From the IMG/VR virus record IMGVR_UViG_3300040751_004835, positions 27,375-91,374 of that record: DNA of 64,000 nt; one strand, given 5' to 3'. This document shows positions 58,828 through 64,000 of the stretch, one piece after another (within the stretch, counting starts at the first letter, position 1; each line of letters opens with the position of its first letter). Below the pieces are notes generated by a model. It saw only the letters and a program-made list of their open reading frames with translations, did not search any database and was not told where the DNA came from. Made by a program: the position numbers and the translations under genes. Source of the stretch: a virus.

Positions 58828-58838
58828 GAATATATATC
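58828..58838. promoter_or_regulatory. Bidirectional RATATATA promoter element
   Basis: GAATATATATC reads AATATATA on + (gene 58864) and GATATATA on - (gene 58804). Confidence 0.6.
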
Positions 58839-58863
58839 AAGTAAAACAATAAGTGTTTCGGCT

Positions 58864-59184
58864 ATGAGATTAATTAGAGAATTTGACGACTTTATGTCCG
58901 ACCTATCCTTAACCCAACCAGAGCAGGCTATGATTAGGGATTTTGTTAAGAAATATGAGAAGTATTTTAAGTTCCACGATCCTGCAGAATTTGAAAATTC
59001 ATTGGATAAGATAGTTGATGATGTAATGTCAACATACAAGTTTCCACCAGAGAAAAGGGACGACGTAATGAATTACATATCTAGCCTTCATGACCTCTCA
59101 GATGGGATATCTGTTATCATGTCTCCAAATCCACAAATTACATACCGGACACAACCAGATATGGTACAGACCATTTTAATGTAG
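58864..59184 (+). CDS. Hypothetical protein with capsid-targeting-like N-terminus
   Basis: MRLIREFDDF; AATATATA at 58829. Confidence 0.6.
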   Translation: MRLIREFDDFMSDLSLTQPEQAMIRDFVKKYEKYFKFHDPAEFENSLDKIVDDVMSTYKFPPEKRDDVMNYISSLHDLSDGISVIMSPNPQITYRTQPDMVQTILM

Positions 59185-59185
59185 T

Positions 59186-59213
59186 GGAATAATCCAACAA
59201 AGAACAACTATAA
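59186..59213 (+). promoter_or_regulatory. G[AG]AA-N19-TA[TG]AA element before thioredoxin
   Basis: GGAA-19 nt-TATAA. Confidence 0.5.
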
Positions 59214-59229
59214 CTAATAAATAAAAATT

Positions 59230-59532
59230 ATGACGATAGAAGAATTTAATCAGGAGCTTGAAGCAGGAGGAAACATCCTAGTTGATTTTTGGGCACCTTG
59301 GTGCGGACCCTGTAAAATGTTAGGTCCAGTATTGGAAAGGATTGACGAGGCAAACCCAAAACTTAAAGTTGTCAAAGTAAATGTTGATGAATCTAGAGAG
59401 ATTGCTGTTGAAAGGGGAATTAGAAGTATTCCAACTATGACTATTTTCAAAGACGGAAAAGAGGTTTCTATGAAAACTGGGGCAATGCCACAGGCTAAGG
59501 TCCAAGAATGGGTCAACGAATATATGGTTTAA
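59230..59532 (+). CDS. trxA: Thioredoxin
   Basis: VDFWAPWCGPCK, IRSIPT. Confidence 0.95.
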   Translation: MTIEEFNQELEAGGNILVDFWAPWCGPCKMLGPVLERIDEANPKLKVVKVNVDESREIAVERGIRSIPTMTIFKDGKEVSMKTGAMPQAKVQEWVNEYMV

Positions 59533-59537
59533 TCATA

Positions 59538-59861
59538 ATGAAGTTCTTAGAAGAATTACAATCATATCTTAAGGAGAAGGAGGGTTTTGATACCCACTTC
59601 TCCGATTTTTTTCAAAAGCCATCTGGTGATGGTGTTGTTTACATACATTGTGTTTGTCCAGTACATGGCAAATGCACGCTAAGGTGTAAGTTCTCTGATG
59701 TTATGGGTGAAAATCATCTTGTGTCTATAAAGCCCATGCTCAGACTCTCTGAATCTCAATTTCCATGGGATAGCACAATAAAGAATGTGTATTCTTTGTA
59801 TAGCGGAATTGCTGGTGTGGGCGGTGTAGCTAACCGATCTGTTAATAATTCCCTCATTTAA
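59538..59861 (+). CDS. Hypothetical protein
   Basis: CPVHG motif; ATG 5 nt after the trx stop. Confidence 0.45.
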   Translation: MKFLEELQSYLKEKEGFDTHFSDFFQKPSGDGVVYIHCVCPVHGKCTLRCKFSDVMGENHLVSIKPMLRLSESQFPWDSTIKNVYSLYSGIAGVGGVANRSVNNSLI

Positions 59862-59918
59862 ATTTTTTTTCTTCGTTGCTTCCTGGTAGTTTTGAGGTAT
59901 AATCCAAAACTGTATAGA

Positions 59919-60158
59919 ATGGAAAATGTAAAATATATGCTCCAAGAAGCAGGAGCGAAAGTAAATTCAGCTATTGGGGATATTGAGGATTTAACAATAT
60001 CTAAAAACCATAAAGTCAACATCCTGGATGTTTTAGAAGAATTAAAGGCAGCAAGGGAAATAATTTATCACTTACAGGGTAATATTAATACCGGTAATGA
60101 TCGCTATTTTATCAACAGGGAAACCGGGATAAGAGAGCCTTTCAAACTAGAATATTAA
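59919..60158 (+). CDS. Hypothetical protein
   Basis: Helical ORF abutting the next gene. Confidence 0.45.
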   Translation: MENVKYMLQEAGAKVNSAIGDIEDLTISKNHKVNILDVLEELKAAREIIYHLQGNINTGNDRYFINRETGIREPFKLEY

Positions 60159-60737
60159 GTGATAGTAGTTATTGACGACTTTATTAAGGATGAAGAGCTG
60201 TTGGCAGAAATTGCAGCAGATCAGGATTTCTTCAAAGATGCCGGTGCAAATTATTTCTTCTGGGAAGGGTGGTGGAGTACACCACCTGATACACTCAAGA
60301 AAAGATTGATCAAATACGTCTGGGGAGACAACTGTCCTATCGATAAAGTATTCAATGTAGCTGGCTTTGAGTATTGGACTGGAATACTTTCTGGAGATCC
60401 CGATAATCACTATCTAGACAGATTAGACGTTCACTTTGATAAGGATGAGGAATTATTTTCCGCAACAAGGGAAATACAATCCTCCCAAATTGGAACAGTA
60501 TATTATCCACCACAGGAAGAATTTGAAGGTGGAATGTTGGAAATCTTTTCAGAGGGTCTTGATAAAGAACCGGAAAGGATTTATGCGAAATCAAATAGAC
60601 TTGTAATATTTGATGCTGGTACAGTTCCACATGGGGTGTCTCAGGTAACAAGAGGTACAAGAAAAGCAATAGCAATAAATCTTTGGGAATTTGTCCCACA
60701 CAGCCAAACTATAGGAAAGCTTAAAAAAGAAATATGA
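60159..60737 (+). CDS. 2OG-Fe(II) oxygenase (prolyl-hydroxylase-like)
   Basis: VIDDF, HFD, FEGGML, NRLVIFD, PHGV, R..IAIN. Confidence 0.8.
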   Translation: MIVVIDDFIKDEELLAEIAADQDFFKDAGANYFFWEGWWSTPPDTLKKRLIKYVWGDNCPIDKVFNVAGFEYWTGILSGDPDNHYLDRLDVHFDKDEELFSATREIQSSQIGTVYYPPQEEFEGGMLEIFSEGLDKEPERIYAKSNRLVIFDAGTVPHGVSQVTRGTRKAIAINLWEFVPHSQTIGKLKKEI

Positions 60738-61399
60738 GAAAAGAATTTGAAAAATACGCGATGAGCGAGCATAACATTGGTTCGCTGGACGTACACAATT
60801 ATTCAAGGTTTATCGAGGGTTCTTTAACCCCATATATTTTGGAAGAGAGAGAACTGAGAGCTACCCAAATGGACATCTTCTCTAGGCTGATGATGGATAG
60901 GCTTCTCTGGGTTGCTGGACCTGTTAACGACAAGATGTCAACGATAGTTCAAGCTCAGTTGATGTTTTTGGATTCTGTGGATGGCAAAGACATTACTATG
61001 CATATTGATTCCCCAGGTGGATCTGTTAAATCTGGTCTTTCTATGGTGGATGTTATGGATTATATCAAATCGGATATAGTTACGGTAAATACTGGTATGG
61101 CTGCTTCTATGGGATCTATTCTTCTTGGTGCTGGTACAAAAGGCAAAAGATATTCTCTGAGATTCTCTAAAGTAATGCTTCACCAGTCATCTGGCGGCTT
61201 TAGTGGAAATATCCAGGATGCAAAGATCGATTTCGTGGAATGGGAAAAATACAATAAGATTCTTTTTGAATTACTTGGTGAATATTGTGATAAAGACCCA
61301 AAGCAAGTTGCTGCAGATGCTAGTAGGGATTTTTGGATGGATGCGAAAGAAGCTGTTAAATATGGCATCATAGATGATGTGATAAAAAACAAAAAATAA
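60734..61399 (+). CDS. clpP: ClpP protease subunit
   Basis: TPYILEER...MDIFSRLMMDR, IDSPGG, GMAASMG (Ser), MLHQ (His), RDFW (Asp). Confidence 0.95.
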   Translation: MRKEFEKYAMSEHNIGSLDVHNYSRFIEGSLTPYILEERELRATQMDIFSRLMMDRLLWVAGPVNDKMSTIVQAQLMFLDSVDGKDITMHIDSPGGSVKSGLSMVDVMDYIKSDIVTVNTGMAASMGSILLGAGTKGKRYSLRFSKVMLHQSSGGFSGNIQDAKIDFVEWEKYNKILFELLGEYCDKDPKQVAADASRDFWMDAKEAVKYGIIDDVIKNKK

Positions 61400-61412
61400 C
61401 CTATACGTTTCC

Positions 61413-62534
61413 TTGTCTAGTCCGAAAGAAAAAATAGCTTGGTTTGCCTCCTGGCCAGATTCTCAAGAGAAAATAGACCAAATTAACACGAATGCTGCCC
61501 TTCTGAGAAAAAATGGATGGGAAGTTGGCTTGGTTACACAGTATCCAAAATTGAATGCCATTGATTTTTCTGGGTTGGATCATGTTGTTTTTGACAATAC
61601 CAATGAGATGTACTTCTCGGAAACTAAATCCTTCAAGTTTGGGTTCAACCGGATAATACCATCATGTTCGGAAATGAGACAAGATTGTGGGGATTGGGTT
61701 TTTGTCGATAATAAAGCACGAGCACCTCACGTTTATTCTGTTTATCGCCTTTACTCCGTTTCCATGCACCTAAGCTCTGGTTATGGGTATAAGGTTTATG
61801 CATATTTTGAAGCAGATTTTAACGGCACACAAAAGTTGTGCGACGGGATAAATCAACTTGCAAACGACATAATTCAGGATGAATTAAATTTTGTAGGATT
61901 TGACTCATCGAACCGAGAGGGAGGTATGAATGCTTGCTTGTTTTTGGGACCTCCTCAAAAACTGTCTTCATACTTTCCTATGCATTCAGTCAAAACCGAG
62001 GATGATTTTTTTAGACACTACCAGAATGAAAGTGTCGAGGATTCGCTTGTAAGGTTTTTTAAAGGTGATCCAAATTCAAAAATTTACACAAAGGAGGAAG
62101 TGGTCAATTTTTTGGGTGGATATGGAAAAGATTGGGATACATCTCACGCTGGATTAGATTGGATAGAGGAAGCAAGTACAAGGGTATTATCTGCTTTCAC
62201 TACAAACGCTCCGTTCTTGAAATCTAGTGAAAACGGTTTCTCTCTGTTTTACCTCTTTAAACAAGAACTGATACTTAAGGAGGTTATTTTTAAAGCAAAG
62301 GTTACATTATCTAATGAATCCGGGAATAGAGTTCTGTTTGATGAAACTGCATCCCTTCCCTTTAATCACTACAGGTTTTTTGTTGATCTGTCAGACATTT
62401 TATTTGATGAACACGGTAGTATAAGGGTTGAGACTGAGACCTCGTGCGGCGATTCAGTTTTGCGGGAGGATTATTCAATATCACTTAGCTTTAAAGAATT
62501 AACTGGTTATTACAAGATTAGGCACATAGAATAA
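61413..62534 (+). CDS. Hypothetical protein, possibly glycosyltransferase-like
   Basis: 373 aa; VGLVTQYP, VVFDNTN, YFEAD DxD-like motif. Confidence 0.4.
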   Translation: MSSPKEKIAWFASWPDSQEKIDQINTNAALLRKNGWEVGLVTQYPKLNAIDFSGLDHVVFDNTNEMYFSETKSFKFGFNRIIPSCSEMRQDCGDWVFVDNKARAPHVYSVYRLYSVSMHLSSGYGYKVYAYFEADFNGTQKLCDGINQLANDIIQDELNFVGFDSSNREGGMNACLFLGPPQKLSSYFPMHSVKTEDDFFRHYQNESVEDSLVRFFKGDPNSKIYTKEEVVNFLGGYGKDWDTSHAGLDWIEEASTRVLSAFTTNAPFLKSSENGFSLFYLFKQELILKEVIFKAKVTLSNESGNRVLFDETASLPFNHYRFFVDLSDILFDEHGSIRVETETSCGDSVLREDYSISLSFKELTGYYKIRHIE

Positions 62535-63034
62535 TGGGAACAAACTATTATAGAATTCCGACTGAATCGGAAATGGAGGAGCGCAGGGACAGACTCCGGA
62601 CAAGGCTTATTGGTCTCAAGATGACACCGGATCTTATAGCTGACAGGTTTAGGTACATTGATGGTGGTTTGGATGATGAAGTGTTTGGCGGTATTACCCC
62701 ATGGGATGAGTTTTTAAGTGACACTCGTGTACACTTAGGAAAGAGAAGCATGGGCTGGAAATTCTGCTGGAACTTCCACGATAATAAGTATTATTCAAAT
62801 AAGCAGCAACTCATTGATTTTATCAGGAGTGGTCGCATAGTTGACGAATATGGTGCAGAGGAATCACCTCAGGAATTTTTAGATATGGCATTTAATTGGG
62901 GAGAACCTGACGGTTTGACTGTTGATACTGAATATTATAAAAACAACGAAAGGAGTTCCTTATTTAACGATCCCAAATATTACGATAAAGAAATCGATGG
63001 ATTAAGGGTTTCTTCGTCCACAGATTTCTCTTAA
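62534..63034 (+). CDS. Conserved phage hypothetical protein
   Basis: MGTNYY...HLGKRSMGWKF...IVDEYG...TDFS. Confidence 0.6.
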   Translation: MGTNYYRIPTESEMEERRDRLRTRLIGLKMTPDLIADRFRYIDGGLDDEVFGGITPWDEFLSDTRVHLGKRSMGWKFCWNFHDNKYYSNKQQLIDFIRSGRIVDEYGAEESPQEFLDMAFNWGEPDGLTVDTEYYKNNERSSLFNDPKYYDKEIDGLRVSSSTDFS

Positions 63035-64000
63035 TGGCTACCAATAAAAAAATAGTAGATACCTCAATATTAAATAGCGACCAAAGATTGGCATTTGGGA
63101 AGCTGGTAAATTATGTTAGGAACCCAACTGACAGATCCATCTATGTGCTTAGAGGTTGGGCTGGGACTGGTAAAACATTTTGCGTAAGTCTTTTAGTGAA
63201 CTACCTTTTATCGGAGCTTTATCGGGATAAGGGGTGGTATAGAATTGCCGTTACTGGGCCAACTAATAAATCAGTCAGGGTCATTCGCAGATCGTCTGAT
63301 ATACACGACACCCGTGTCTCATTCCAAACCATTCACAAGTTACTTGGATTAAAGGAGAAGATAACACTTGACGGGAAGCAGGAGTTTGTCAAGGATCCTG
63401 GATTTCAGCCGAAGATATCGAAAATTAAGCTTCTAATAATCGATGAGGTCTCCATGTTGAATGATGATCTCTTTGAAAAAATAATTAAGCACAGGGAAAA
63501 TATAAAGGTAATATGCATGGGTGATCCTGCACAGATCCCACCTGTTGGGAAACCAGATTGTATACCTTTTAGAGAAGAGCTTGCAGAGGAATATGGAATT
63601 AAGACCTTGGATCTTAAGACCATCATGAGACAAAAGCTTGATAATCCGATCATTAGTTCTTCTGTAAAAATTCGTGAAAATATTAACGAGGCAGATTCTG
63701 GTATTCTACCACAGACCATAACTAATAAATCTGGGGAAGGTATTGAATTTCTAAATCTTGGAGATCCTGGGGTAAGGAAAAACATTTCCTCTTACATGGA
63801 AAAGTATTTCAAAACCAAAAGCTTCGAGGAAGACTCCGAATATGCTAAGGTGATAGCTTGGAGGAATAAAACGGTGTCAACCATGAACACTCTGGTCAGA
63901 AGAGTAATCTATGGGGAGGAGCAAATCAGCGAGAAAATACTTGTTGGGGAAAAGCTCATTATCAATAGTCCCTATATTGTTAATGGAATGGTTGTTTTCA
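63034..64000 (+). CDS. SF1B helicase (Dda/RecD-like), 3'-truncated by window edge (absent from ORF track)
   Basis: Hand translation: LNSDQ, LRGWAGTGKT, GPTNKSV, TIHKLLG, LIIDEVSM, GDPAQIPPV, IMRQ. Confidence 0.9.
   Translation, partial: MATNKKIVDTSILNSDQRLAFGKLVNYVRNPTDRSIYVLRGWAGTGKTFCVSLLVNYLLSELYRDKGWYRIAVTGPTNKSVRVIRRSSDIHDTRVSFQTIHKLLGLKEKITLDGKQEFVKDPGFQPKISKIKLLIIDEVSMLNDDLFEKIIKHRENIKVICMGDPAQIPPVGKPDCIPFREELAEEYGIKTLDLKTIMRQKLDNPIISSSVKIRENINEADSGILPQTITNKSGEGIEFLNLGDPGVRKNISSYMEKYFKTKSFEEDSEYAKVIAWRNKTVSTMNTLVRRVIYGEEQISEKILVGEKLIINSPYIVNGMVVF

Noticed and set aside
59887-59894. TAGTTTTG as a Bacteroidota housekeeping promoter
   Set aside because: A single -7 match without a clear -33 TTTG; not enough support
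2293-63785. Numerous 60-170 aa minus-strand and nested ORFs in the track
   Set aside because: They are shadows of well-supported plus-strand genes, with no motifs or promoter boxes; only 31523, 32230 and 58466 are kept
1-64000. Stop-codon reassignment as in some large phages
   Set aside because: Genes are full length in code 11; TAG (e.g. glf) and TGA (e.g. RLP, primase) end proteins at expected positions
1-64000. CRISPR arrays, tRNAs, IS elements, homing endonucleases
   Set aside because: Intergenic gaps are short and explained by promoters and terminators; no repeat-spacer pattern, cloverleaf or transposase/HNH/GIY-YIG motif was noticed by eye

Overview
A gene-dense, AT-rich segment, coded almost entirely on the + strand, from a large T4-like (probably jumbo) tailed phage. 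The host is most likely a Bacteroidota/Flavobacteriia bacterium, judging from Hc1, DUF4494-like, DUF2452-like and Bacteroidota-type ClpP/NrdAB genes and A-rich leaders without Shine-Dalgarno sites. Layout: 1-14.5 kb virion/tail genes, including two paralogous collagen-containing fibres and a tail-tube-fold gene; 14.9-19 kb a RuvC-like resolvase followed by a five-gene sugar-nucleotide operon built around a form IV RuBisCO-like protein; 19-23.4 kb gp32, primase, UvsY and UvsW; then replication, nucleotide-metabolism, repair and proteostasis genes (a family B polymerase split into halves ~19.6 kb apart, clamp, topo II subunits, NrdAB, dUTPase, Adk, UvsE, MBD4-like glycosylase, Hsp20, DnaJ, ClpP, Trx, Dda-like helicase) mixed with glycan enzymes (GT2-TPR, carbamoyltransferase, Glf). 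The main cross-cutting pattern is a dispersed set of about 12 unrelated proteins, including Adk, a RimK-protease fusion, a nucleotidyltransferase and an L,D-transpeptidase-like protein. They share a T4 capsid-targeting-like N-terminal peptide (..F/Y-x-x-F/Y..[ILV]-x-E), and most sit directly behind a GATATATA promoter-like box, which suggests a programmed cargo of encapsidated, injected enzymes. A second motif, G[AG]AA-N19-TA[TG]AA, precedes replication genes. No tRNA, CRISPR array or mobile element was seen. All functional calls come from motif recognition by eye, not database searches.
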